From Octopus vulgaris (lineage: Eukaryota): a stretch of DNA of 64,000 nt. The stretch lies in the NCBI GenBank assembly GCA_951406725.2, contig OX597834.1, forward strand, positions 5,208,001 through 5,272,000, read 5' to 3'. The notes below the pieces were generated by a model. It saw only the letters and a program-made list of their open reading frames with translations, had not been told where the DNA came from and did not search any database. Shown in pieces: positions 13,328-24,929 of the stretch (position 1 is the first letter of the stretch; each line of letters begins with the position of its first letter). The position numbers and the translations under genes were made by a program.

Positions 13328-13911
13328 TACTTCCACAAAGCTTGCCTGATGAGGAGGGTTACAAGAAAAATCAGCAGGACCAAAATCAAGACCTGTCAAA
13401 GAACGGATAAACCTAGTGTAGCTTCAATGGTTATCTAACCATAGCAAGGGTCCGCAAAAATTCTGGTTTGGTGGTACCCAGCGCGCTGGAAGACTACTGG
13501 GAGTGAGATGCTCCTTAGCGTTTGTTAACGATTTCGCTAGAACCCGTCTCAAATCCCGGTTACGTCTGCTCAGATAATCGGCAGTGACGAGGTCAACGAA
13601 TCGTCTGCGACGGTCGTCATTCAACGGCAAGACGAGGTGCTACGAATCGCACTATCCCAAAGTGTATAAGCATTTGATCGGGGACGACTTGTTTTCCCGC
13701 TAAAACCCCGAACTTGACCTCTACACCTCAACAGCGAATGACAACTACGGCAACGACTTCAGCGCTACAGCCTCGACTGCAGCCGACCGTCAGTATTCAT
13801 GAAGGACTTGGTAAAATCGTTGGTCGGACCCGACTTAACACAAACCAGATGGGTGCCGCCGCAAGTACAAGTAGATCCGAGCTGCTTGAGAATTCGAAAA
13901 TAGAAATTTAG
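13252..13911 (+). mobile_element. 5' region of a non-LTR retrotransposon (CpG-rich 5'UTR, possible ORF start)
   Basis: First ~160 nt align with 48495 onward. The remainder is CpG-rich with a short T/A/S-rich ORF at 13714-13911; its membership in the element is inferred from contiguity. Confidence 0.5.
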
Positions 13912-14418
13912 ATAAATTTGGAAATACACCTACAAATACTGTCAACCACTACATTTGAATGTTCCAACAAAAATTTTAATATTTAGTCAAAATAAATTAA
14001 CGGATATAAAATTTATAATTTTGAAATATTTATTGTTATCATGTATTAATAATGGATATTAAGAGAGGACCAATTATTACACTTCTTGTTATCAATTTAT
14101 TTTCACAATAGCTCTTATGTATAAACTCAATTTATTGCCTTTTTGCTCGCGCCATAGCATCATTGAAGTAGTTTATATTAAATATAAAGATAAAGAAAGT
14201 TGCAATAAAATTAATTTTGTGCTCTTACCAATACTTGATGTCATACTTTACAGCATTTATATTAGAAAATAATTTCGTAAAAAGGTACAGTACCTAGTTG
14301 ATATTTAATTCATACTTGTATATATTCTAAATGCTGCATACAGTAGCTACAATTAATTCACGCGAAGTTTTTTCTACCTCTCAGCATATATACTTAGGAA
14401 TAGAATCAAGTGACTAAT

Positions 14419-14801
14419 GGAAGCACTCCGTCGGTTACGACGACGAGGGTTCCGGTTGATCCGATCAACGGAACAGCCTGCTCGTGAAATTAACGTGTAA
14501 GTGGCTGAGCACTCCACAGACACGTGTACCCTTAACGTAGTTCTCGGGGATATTCAGCGTGACACAGAGAGTGACAAGGCCGGCTCTTTGAAATACAGGT
14601 ACAACAGAAACAGGAAGTAAGAGTGAGAGAAAGTTGTGGTGAAAGAGTACAGCAGGGATCACCACCATCCCCTGCCGGAGCCTCGTGGAGCTTTAGGTGT
14701 TTTCGCTCAATAAACACTCACAACTCCCGGTCTGGGATTCGAAACCGCGATCCTACGACCGCGAGTCCGCTGCCCTAACCATTGGGCCATTGCGCCTCCA
14801 C
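14419..14801 (-). mobile_element. SINE family C (tRNA-Arg(TCG)-like head), full length
   Basis: Head GTGGAGGCGCAATGGCCCAATGGTTAGGGCAGCGGACTCGCGG...TTCGAATCCC. Perfect 13-bp TSD TCAAGTGACTAAT at 14406-14418 / 14802-14814. Confidence 0.95.
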
Positions 14802-14840
14802 TCAAGTGACTAATATTTGCATCACACGCACTAGTTTGTG

Positions 14841-14847
<7 letters not shown>

Positions 14848-14911
<64 letters not shown>
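14848..14911. repeat. (GA)n
   Basis: Seen directly. Confidence 0.97.
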
Positions 14912-14914
<3 letters not shown>

Positions 14915-15595
14915 CAGTGTGTTTCTTTGTATGTTTGTATGAGTGTCAACTTAAAGCCATATGCATTATTTGTCCTTGCAATGGCCAAATAAAATAAAAT
15001 CCATTTTCAAATATTGAGCAACATTGTATTTAAATTCAGATTTTAAAAATATTTATGCATTTATATATTTAAAAAAAAACAGTTGGTGAAAAGAGTTAAG
15101 GAGATAGGGGCAGATGTCATTTAAGAAAACATGAGACCTGAAAAATGTGGAATAGAAAGGGAATGAGAGATACACATAAAGGAAAAACATAAAATGCTGC
15201 ATGTCTTATGAAGTGAATCTAAAGAATACGTCACAAAATAAAATAAATTAAAAAACAAAAAACATTGCAGAGGTGGTATTAGGAAAAAAGGCGATTAGAT
15301 TAGCATCATTAATATTTAGTAAGGAAGTAGTGATACAAAAAGTAAGAGATTTAGTTAGTAATAAGAAATTTAATAAGTAATAAAAAAAAAATTAAATGGC
15401 ATCTCGAACGGCGTGCTTGCATGAAGTCTGCGATGTCAGGGCTAAGGTGCGTCCTCTAAAACGAAGGAATGGAAGCCGTTCGATGGTCCCGGGTAGTGGA
15501 CACATAACGGGGCAACAGAACCACGATTCGGTCATTGATGACCGATGATGAACACGAACTTCTTGATTCCAAGTTGACGCATGTGACTGAATCAT

Positions 15596-15790
15596 TAGAC
15601 CTCCAGAAAAACTCTTTGCAGTATTTCTTTCGACTCTCAACATTCTGTGTTGAAATACGAAGTCACTTTTGCATTTCATACTTTCTGTGGGGTCGATAAA
15701 ATAAAGGACCGGTCACGTATTGAGGTAGATGTAATCAACTCTTTCACCTCCTCTCAGAACCGCTGGCCTTGTACCAAAAGTCGAAAGAAC
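15596..15790 (+). mobile_element. SINE family A (A2), highly diverged
   Basis: GGGGTCGATAAAATAA core and GCTGGCCTTGTACCAAAA tail. Confidence 0.65.
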
Positions 15791-15849
15791 CTTTGTTATA
15801 ACAAGACAAAGTCACTTTGCTGCTAATTTTCTATGCATCATTTAGCACA

Positions 15850-17365
15850 GATTGGATGATTATATCTGTTTCCTTTAACAATTTTCAGTTTTCGCCATAA
15901 ATTTCACGATAGCAGACGTGAGATTTGTATAGATCAGTAATAATTGTTATATTTCGCCTAATATTGGAATCTTGGAACACAAAAAAGTAATCGGGGTTTC
16001 GATGCGAGAAAAGTATCGTCTAGCCCTTCAGAATAAAAGACAAACAGATATTCCTTTTGTTAAATCTTCAACTTTTTCCATAATGTTCCTCCATTCTAGT
16101 GAAATTCTCATTTCTGATATATTAGTAAAGTGACCGAAACAAATGATTAAGGATATTCCTACAAAAACCTAGGTGCTATCGATTAGCAATAACAATGATC
16201 CCTTCCCTTTATTTTTGCAATTTATATTTCTTCGAATCCCACAGCATTATCAATAAATTGAAGGCAGGATTCCAAACGTCTTTCATAGTTGCTTCCGTAA
16301 ATAATCCCACAGCCCTGTTATTAGTTTTACGCCACACAGACCATCGTATGGTTTTTTACATATTTCTCCTAGTCTTGGGTCCCATCTTTTATCAATAACG
16401 TTTCTTAACTGATCAAATGGATGTCAAAGATAAAATGTTTTAAACGATGCAATAATGCTTTGGTGCATTGTTTGCAGATATTATATTGTATTTGACAGCA
16501 TAAACATTAATCTAACATTTGGATGATAATGTTGCAGAGATTGTGGATGGCAAGTTGCATTATCTGTGATCAAAGGCGTATGAAATTAAATATTTTTATC
16601 TTCACATTATCTATAATTACTTCAGATACAAAGCGATGCAAAAAATCAATCTAAAGAATGACCGTATCGCAAACATCTTTTATTTGCCTAACATTATGAC
16701 TGCAAGTGTAGCATTTAGGAGGCCTTTAAGTGCCCTCGGCTTTTACCATAGTCTCCCGTCATATTGCTTCCAAACAAAGTAACCGATTTCATCGACTTTA
16801 ACATTGATGCTTTGTGTTTGCTTTTCATTTGCAAATATATCTTCTTGTTGGCATGCGCTAACATAAATAGCCCCATTACATCTTTATATATAAAAGTCAA
16901 GTTGTGTGTCTGTCTCCTACGATTTAGATTCCTAACTACTCCCACATTTTGCGTTGCAGTTTAACCAAAACCGGGTATCTTATAGTCGTGATTCATATCG
17001 ATCCTTTCTGGGTATTAGCGCGCGTCTACGATGAGTCTACGATTTAAAAAAAAATTACCATCATTTTTTCCATTTTAATGCATGTTTTCGCTATTATATA
17101 AGGGAAGTAACTCTCTAAAAATGTCTACGATGAGTCAACGGTTTAAAAAAAAAATTTACCATAATTTTTTTTCCATTTTTAATGCATTTTTTTGCTATTT
17201 TTGGGTATAACTCTCTAAAAATGCTTATATAGTTATTTCCCTTACAAACCCGAGCAACGCCGGGCGATACTACTAGTCTACATTAACAATTTGTGCACGT
17301 GAGTCGCCATAGTCTTTTCTTTCTAATATTTTTCAATTCATTACTTTGTTAATAATTTTTTAAAA
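15850..17365 (-). mobile_element. Tigger/pogo DDE transposase fossil interrupted by a Helitron
   Basis: With stops and frameshifts: QIVNVD|VMGLF (cf. QIFNVDETGLF), PRALK, LITDNATCHP...NVRLMFMLSNT (cf. LDNAPGHP...FLPPNT), MHQSIIASFKTFYL (cf. PMDQGIIATFK), CYREIY. Confidence 0.8.
16881..17276 (+). mobile_element. non-autonomous Helitron
   Basis: 5' TC after a host A, 3' CTAG before a host T, subterminal hairpin CCCG-AGCAACGC-CGGG, no TSD. Confidence 0.9.
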
Positions 17366-17379
17366 AATGTCTTTTAATC

Positions 17380-17466
17380 GACCACAACACGCAGCCCGGT
17401 CCGGGATTCGAGCTCACAACCTCACGATCGTAAGCTCGACGCTCTAACCACTGAGCCATGCGCCTT
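17380..17466 (-). mobile_element. SINE family E head (tRNA-derived), separated from its body
   Basis: GGCGCATGGCTCAGTGGTTAGAGCG (A box)...GAGCTCGAATCCC (B box), truncated after GGGCTGCGTGTTGTG. Confidence 0.8.
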
Positions 17467-17469
17467 CAT

Positions 17470-17639
<170 letters not shown>

Positions 17640-17785
17640 ACGGGAGCTTTTTGTACCAGTAGCCTTCTATCAGGTCTCTCCCAGGTGGTTTTCCATTCGT
17701 CAGTTTCATAATAATCGTCGGAAGTGTTTCACTGGTAAGAGACGTTTGCACAATAATCTCTTCATGCTTCGTTTAACCGTGCTGC
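17640..17785 (-). mobile_element. R4/Dong-like RT fragment
   Basis: [24 protein letters not shown] matches the pre-RT motif L-NWK-PG-D-I-GYW-KKL. Confidence 0.7.
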
Positions 17786-18222
17786 ATTGCAATAGTGTTT
17801 ATAGCAAAGGTGAGTAAATAAGGAAATGTGAAAATGATATACGACGTGAGATGAAAATGTTCAGGTAAGCTACGATTTATTCTCTGTTATAGAATACATG
17901 AAAGAAATTAATATAGCAGGTTACAACAAACATGTGTGAGAGACTTCGTGGTCAGACTGAACTGTTGATCTTGTAGACAAAGTTGACTTACTGTTTGGTG
18001 GTGTGTAGAGGCAGCCTTTGGTCTGTTGGTTGTGTGGTGCTCATACAGCAACGCTGTCGGCAGGCGTCTGGTGGAGATGAAAGCGGAGACTGGCTGGTGT
18101 CAGATACATCGTTGTCAGAGACGACTTGCGTGTGGTCAGTGGAGTGTACCAACGATGTAGTGCAGTCGAGAACTGCCGTTATTATTAATGAACGTAACGT
18201 AACAGTAGAAGGAAAAGCTGCA

Positions 18223-18636
18223 ACGAGCTGGCAGAATTGTTAGCACACCGGCCAAAATGCCTAGCGGTATTTCGTCTGCCGTTACGTTTCTGAGTTCAAA
18301 TTCCGCCGAGGTCGACTTTGCCTTTCATCCTTTCGGGGTCGATAAATTAAGTACCAGTTACTCACTGGGGTCGATATAATCGACTTAATACCTATGTCTG
18401 TCCTTGTTTGTCCTCTCTATGTTTAGCCCCTTGTGGGTAGTAAAGAAATAGGTATTTCGTCTGCCGTTACGTTTCTGAGTTCAAATTCCGCCGAGGTCGA
18501 CTTTGCCTTTCATCCTTTCGGGGTCGGTAAATTAAGTACCAGTTCCGCACTGGGGTCGATATAATCGACTGAAACACTTCGTCTGTCCTTGTTTGTCCGC
18601 TCTATGTTTAGCCCCCAGTGGTGGGCAATAAAGACA
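18223..18636 (+). mobile_element. SINE family A, tandem-dimer form
   Basis: Second unit restarts at GGTATTTCGTCTGCC (18451). Confidence 0.92.
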
Positions 18637-18805
18637 TTTTAAAAAAAAATTATTAACAAAGTAATGAATATGATCTTGAAAAATATTAGAAAGAAAAGAC
18701 TATGGCGACTCACGTGCACAAATTGTTAATGTAGACTAGCAGTATCGCCCGGCGTTGCTCGGGTTTGTAAGGGAAATAACTATATAAGCATTTTTAGAGA
18801 GTTAT

Positions 18806-18806
<1 letters not shown>
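18630..18806 (-). repeat. inverted duplicate of 17206-17374 (Helitron 3' end plus Tigger flank)
   Basis: Reverse complement aligns along the whole length, including the Helitron/Tigger junction. Confidence 0.92.
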
Positions 18807-19154
<348 letters not shown>

Positions 19155-19167
19155 ATATATATATAGG

Positions 19168-19332
19168 GCTGGCTGTGTGGTAAGTAGCTTGCTTACCAAC
19201 CACATGGTTCCGGGTTCAGTCTCACTGCGTGGCACCTTGGGCAAGTGTCTTCTACTATAGCCTCGGGCCGACCAAAGCTTCGTGAGTGGATTTGGTAGAT
19301 GGAAACTGAAAGAAGCCCGTTATATATATGTA

Positions 19333-19399
<67 letters not shown>

Positions 19400-19479
19400 C
19401 GGGAAGCTTTATGAAAATAAACAAAAGACGAAGGCAGGTGGAAAACAAACGAACAATTGTATTAGTATGGCGCTCAGGA

Positions 19480-19514
<35 letters not shown>

Positions 19515-19697
19515 GTGTGTGTGTCTGTGTTTGTCACCCCAACCGATGCTGGTGTGTTTACATCCCCGTAACTTAGCGGTTCGGCAAAAGAGACCAATAG
19601 AATAAGTACTAAGCTTACAAAGAATAAGTCCTGGGGTCGATTTGCTCGACTAAATGGTGGAGCACCGCCACAGTCAAATGACTGAAACAAGTAAAAG
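19168..19697 (+). mobile_element. SINE family B with a foreign insert in its (TA)n
   Basis: All B modules plus an insert at 19399-19481. Confidence 0.9.
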
Positions 19698-19923
19698 GGT
19701 GATATAGACACACTCACACACACACACACACATATATAGTATTGAAAATGGAAAGACTTCATAAACTGTTAGAGTAATTATAAGTATTTACAAGTATACT
19801 TATATATACTTATTAGCTTATTACATTGTTCTGAAATAGTTTGTCAAAGTCTTTTCAGCTGCAGTTAATTACTATTTTACTCTAGATTTGATATATAAGT
19901 ATATTTCCTCGACTTTGTTTTGC

Positions 19924-20131
19924 AGCACGCCGGGCGAAATGCGTAGCCGTATTTCGTCTGTCGTTACGTTCTGAGTTCAAATTCCGCCGAGGTTGACTTT
20001 GCCTTTCATCCTTTCGGGGTCGATAAATTAAGTACCAGTTACACACTGGGGTCGATGGAATCGACTTAATCCCTTTGTCTGTCCTTGTTTGTCCCCTCTG
20101 TGTTTAGCCCCTTGTGGGTAGTAAAGAAATA
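19924..20131 (+). mobile_element. SINE family A (A1), slightly 5'-truncated
   Basis: Near consensus. Confidence 0.9.
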
Positions 20132-20212
20132 TATATACTTCTCACGTGTCTGTACACACACATACATACGCATGCATGCACACATCGCGTGCGGTCTCCC
20201 ACCCCATATTTA

Positions 20213-20953
20213 CATGGGTTGGTCAAAATAATGGAACCATTTTCTTAACCGGAAGTTTTGTTAATTGATACAAATTTTGTCCATATTTGGCAATAGAGTT
20301 TAATTTGTCGAGAATTCACTCGTACAAGTTCTGAACAGTAGTCAGGGAAATTTTAAGCCCATCCGAATGTAAAATCTTTTTTAAGATCTTTCAAGGGTGA
20401 TGGCTGAGGGAAGATTCTCTCATTCGCTATTTCAAAAATTATTCTAATTGTTCGATTATATAGAGATTCGGTGATTGTAGGGTGTAATCCAAGCGGTCTA
20501 CTTTACTTTTGTGCACTTCGTATCAATTTTGAATAACACTGGTTGTGTGAATTGGTACATTTTCGTCCGTTTCAAATCCCACGGTCCCTCTCATTGAACG
20601 TTCACCAATGCAAAATTATGCTTCCCAGAGTTGATTTTCCCCATTGGTTTTGAAATACTAACATGATTTTATACACTGTACTTCTGAAACATTTAAAAAT
20701 TCAGCGGTTTTAGTGACTGAAATTGCAGCCAACAATTTGGTCTCTTTGGAAATCAGACGGGCCATGAATTATAGTTTATTCAAATAAAATATCTAAAAAA
20801 CTCAGAGTGAGATCATGAAATATAAGTCATACATAATGCACAGGAACACACATATGCAAGCTAGAACAATTCTGAATTTGTTATGTTGCCAATAGAACCA
20901 ACCGCCTGCAGTTAAATAAAATGTGGTATTTTCATAACTTTGTTCAACCTTTG
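20213..20953 (-). mobile_element. internally deleted Tc1-like transposon
   Basis: N-terminal remnant DFQRDQIVG...SVTKTAEFLNVS; C-terminal remnant LQSPNLYIIEQL...WLKISLTTVQNLYE (cf. WPPQSPDLN-IE). Degenerate TA-flanked TIRs CATGGGTTGGTCAAAATAATGGAACCA and TGGTATTTTCATAACTTTGTTCAACCTTTG. Confidence 0.7.
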
Positions 20954-20989
20954 TATAACATGTATATTCATTTATGCATATATGCATTT

Positions 20990-20995
20990 ATATAT

Positions 20996-21039
<44 letters not shown>

Positions 21040-21122
21040 CATATATATATATACATATATATATACATATATATATACATATATATATACATATATATAT
21101 ACATATATATACATATATATAC

Positions 21123-21189
<67 letters not shown>
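20990..21189. repeat. (TA)n with regularly spaced CA interruptions
   Basis: Seen directly. Confidence 0.97.
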
Positions 21190-21192
<3 letters not shown>

Positions 21193-21445
21193 ACCCACAG
21201 CGAAACAGAAAAATAAATGGAAATATGTATTTATTCCATTGCAGGAAAATGAAGTTTTCTCTGCACTTAAATAAATATATTAGTGTGTGTGTGTGTCTGT
21301 GTGTGAGTGTGTGTTTTAGAAAATAACATTATATATATGTGTGTGTGTGTATATACATATAATGGATATGCATGTATGCACAATTGGTTGAATAGGGACA
21401 GGTGCATAACAAAAAAATATAAAGTAATAAAGTATAGTCAGTAAA

Positions 21446-21503
21446 ATACTACTGTGTGTGTATGAGTGTGCGTATGTATGTGAGTGTGTGTATGTGTGTG
21501 TGC

Positions 21504-21555
<52 letters not shown>
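21446..21555. repeat. (TG)n then (GA)n
   Basis: Seen directly. Confidence 0.95.
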
Positions 21556-21558
<3 letters not shown>

Positions 21559-21989
21559 GGTAAGAGGTTCTTTTTAAAAGGAACACTTCTTTGGAAACTG
21601 CAGAAATTCTCTCCCACCGTCTTTGGAGATTAATCTCAATAATACTTGCTTAGTGCCATTGTTTTATAGAAATTACAACAAACACTCAATGGGCAAACAA
21701 CTGACACAATACAACTACAGTTATGAAGCAACAAAAAACGTCGATATTTACAGTAAGAACTCATTGTCAGAAAAACTAAGAAAAGTCCTTTCAAAGTTTT
21801 TTTGTTTGTTTGCTTGTTTGTTTAAGAACCAAACATCTTAACAAATGCCAGAAGCGTACACGTCCAGTAAATGGCAATGAAGTCACCAAGCAACAATGTG
21901 TGTTTATGTACGTCACCCGATATACGCACAAACTCATATGTATATATATATATACGCACAACACACATACAATTTACTTACTTATCATC

Positions 21990-22063
21990 TATCTATCTAT
22001 ATATATACACACACATATTCATACATACATACATACACACACATACGTACATACATACATACA

Positions 22064-22095
<32 letters not shown>

Positions 22096-22096
22096 C

Positions 22097-22143
<47 letters not shown>
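21990..22143. repeat. (CATA)n/(TA)n
   Basis: Seen directly. Confidence 0.95.
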
Positions 22144-22144
<1 letters not shown>

Positions 22145-22146
<2 letters not shown>

Positions 22147-22620
22147 GCATCAGCGACTGACATGGTGGAACAAACTTATTTTGATTAGTTCTCTTCGCTT
22201 GCTTCCGTTTCTCCCACACCTCTCCTCGTCCTTTCCTCTGATTCCATTGCCTTTCTTCCGTTCCTTACTCCTATCTAACCCGACATACAATAACTTCCAC
22301 CCCTTTTCTGACCCAATCGAACATAAAGCACATCATACTCCCAGCCATACCACCCTACCACCCTACCAACCTACAACCTCGCCATTAACATAAACCTTTT
22401 CTATTCTCAGTCATATAGAGTAAATAGTGTCTGATTTAAGAAGTAATGGTTTTTTTTCCCCCTGCGCTGATGAGGGCGCTTTTCCATTGTTATCTGTTAA
22501 TGGGCGCATGTTTCTATTTTCAATAAAGATTGCGAACCACTTAAGATTTAAATAAAATGTAACTGCTACAAGCACCGGCCAATAAATATCTTCAGTAAGA
22601 AACGCAGTTTTCAAATTTTT
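22145..22620 (+). mobile_element. possible PLE 3' end with broken hammerhead
   Basis: Starts at (TA)n, then a pyrimidine-rich tract. CTGCG-CTGATGA at 22462-22473 and GAAA-CGCAG at 22599-22607 (stem I complementary, stem III absent). Confidence 0.3.
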
Positions 22621-23369
22621 CTTCCATTCAAATGCAAATCAATAAAGAAGTTTTTGTGAGCGCAGCATTGAGTGGTTTCCAGTGTCTGCATGTACACGTG
22701 TTAAATATAGCCGTGCATAACTGTAAAGTGAACATCTATTTTAATATGTTTGCATGTGCGCAAACAAATTTATGGGAAATGCGTTGCGTACGTGCACATT
22801 GTGCATGTATGTGGAATGCACGCGTCTATACACGTTTATATGTATGCATATGTACGCATTTATATGAGGTAACGTGCATAGGTATGTGTCTGTGTGTGTG
22901 TACGTGTGGAATATGTCAGTATGTGTTACTCTTTCTCTGCGTGCGTGTGTGTCTGTGTGTCTACGTGTTTCTGTGCATACGGAATATGTTTGTAGAAGAG
23001 CATATTTATGTGTCTCGACGCACTGTGTATGTGCACGTGCACGTATCAGTGTTGCAATTGGCGATAAAATGCTGTTGAGTCTCAGACATTGTGTATACAA
23101 AAACGACATCATGCAAATATCTTTTCACTGTTTATTTTTTTTTAACGGTGCAGTGTGATTTGGTGAAGATTTAGCTGCTACTGGTCGAGTGGCCAGAAAA
23201 AATTAATGGCTAGTCTGGAAGCCAGTGCGAATGCGTGTGCAAGTATGTTCATTGGCGTGTGTGTGTGTGTGTGTGAGCGCCTGCATGCGAATTTTTGCGT
23301 GTGTGCGCTTGTGTAGTATTACTTATTAAAATATTTCGCTTTTGTGAGACATTTAAAAAAAATAATAAA

Positions 23370-23575
23370 CGCAGGCGTGGCTGTGTGGTAAGAAGCTTGC
23401 TTCCAAACCATATGGTTCCGGGTTCAATCCCACTGCGCGGCACCTCCGGTATTCAAATTCCGCCGAGGTCTCCTTTGCCGTTCATCCTTTCAATAAATTA
23501 ATCACCAATCAAGCACTAAGATCGATGTAATCGATTAGCCCCAACCTCGATATTCCAGGCCTTGTGCCTTTTGGT
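23370..23575 (+). mobile_element. SINE B head fused to a partial SINE A body
   Basis: B head up to CCACTGCGCGGCACCT, then TTCAAATTCCGCCGAGGTC and a diverged A2-type tail. Confidence 0.7.
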
Positions 23576-23584
23576 TGATTATTA

Positions 23585-23715
23585 TTGACCCTTTAGCATT
23601 CAAACCAGTCATACCAGGCTCAAATATCCTCCGTTTTACGTTCAAACTGACCGGATCAGGCCCCTCGCAGCTACCCCGATATGTCATTCTAAAAATAAGC
23701 AATCACATCATCGAA
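23585..23715 (+). mobile_element. piggyBac-type MITE, partial
   Basis: TTGA|CCCTTTAGCATTC terminus; homologous to 36022-36241 and 58333-58999. Confidence 0.6.
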
Positions 23716-23731
23716 ACCATGTGAATAAATA

Positions 23732-23911
23732 AGCGTAGGCGTGGCTGTTTTGCAAGAAGATTGCTTCTAAGCCACATGGTTCCAGGTTCAGTCTCACAGC
23801 GCGGCACTTTGGCCAAATGTCTTCTATTATAGCCTCCATCCGACCAAATCTTTGTGAATGGATCTGGTAGAGGGAAACTGAAAGAAGCTTGTCATCTGTT
23901 ATATAACACAC

Positions 23912-23942
<31 letters not shown>

Positions 23943-23960
23943 TACACACACACATATATA
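23732..23960 (+). mobile_element. SINE family B 5' half, diverged
   Basis: Head and CORE-like segment. Confidence 0.8.
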
Positions 23961-23994
23961 TATATATGTATATATACACACAAACATTATATGC

Positions 23995-24098
23995 GACGGA
24001 CCGGCGTCCCATTCAGGTGGGGAACCTATACACCAAGGAAACCGGGAAACCGGCCCTTATGAGCCAGGCATGGCTCGAGAAGGAACAAGAAGAAGAAG
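23995..24098 (+). mobile_element. 5'-truncated retroposon with (AGA)n tail
   Basis: Perfect 15-bp TSD ACAAACATTATATGC at 23980-23994 / 24099-24113. Confidence 0.85.
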
Positions 24099-24690
24099 AC
24101 AAACATTATATGCACACACGTTTTTGATGTATCTCTATTTCTTCTTCTCGTTCTCCCCACTTTCTCTACAAGTGTGTAAGTATTATTCGAAGGTTAAACA
24201 AATCATTTAGTACACACACACACTGTATAAAAGAACTCTCGGCTCTATTGTAGACCTGCATACATATTCGTAAACATATCTTTATCTAACTCCATACCTC
24301 TCAATGAAACCTACTGCATAGTATATTTCTGAATTATTAGTATATCACATTGTTTGATTTTCCATGTCCGTGTGAAGTCAATGACAGCAAACAGATCAGT
24401 GATGTAGGAACCCTTTATCATTCACATTTGCATTAAAATTATTAACTCCATACGGAGGCATTAAATAAAGTTTTATTAAATATTTGGAAATAGGCAATTA
24501 CGTTTACTGTGAATACATAATTATGGTAAGTAATGCAATGAATAAAAATGAAACCTGACATTTTAATGGCTCAATTAGCTTAATTATATGTCAGTGACTA
24601 TACATATTTATGTGTGTGTGTATGTCATGCTTCATATATATACGCACGTACATTATATATGTATATACACATACACAAATATTTATGTAT

Positions 24691-24905
24691 ATCTTTTATC
24701 TTTTTCTTGTTTCGCTCATGTGACTGTGGCCATGTTAGAGCACTACCTTGAAGGGTTTTAGTCGAACAAATTGTCCCCAAGATTCAGCTAAATCCTAGTA
24801 CTTATTCTATTGGTTCCCTTTTGCCAAACTGCCAAGATATGGGGATGTAAACACACCAACACCGGTTGTAAAGTGATGGTAGGGTAACAAGCACAGACAC
24901 AAAGA
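24691..24905 (-). mobile_element. SINE family B 3' half, diverged
   Basis: B tail and body. Confidence 0.8.
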
Positions 24906-24929
24906 TGCAATGACATAGTTCATAGTAGA

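Noticed and set aside
14465-14717. Near-identical ORFs at 14.5, 32.7 and 39.4 kb
   Set aside because: All lie inside SINE C copies bounded by TSDs.
14730-14801. tRNA-Arg-like sequences (also 17400-17466, 32960-33032, 39238-39310)
   Set aside because: SINE heads: the C copies run straight into SINE bodies, the 17.4 kb one into a truncated SINE linker, and none shows a proper acceptor stem.
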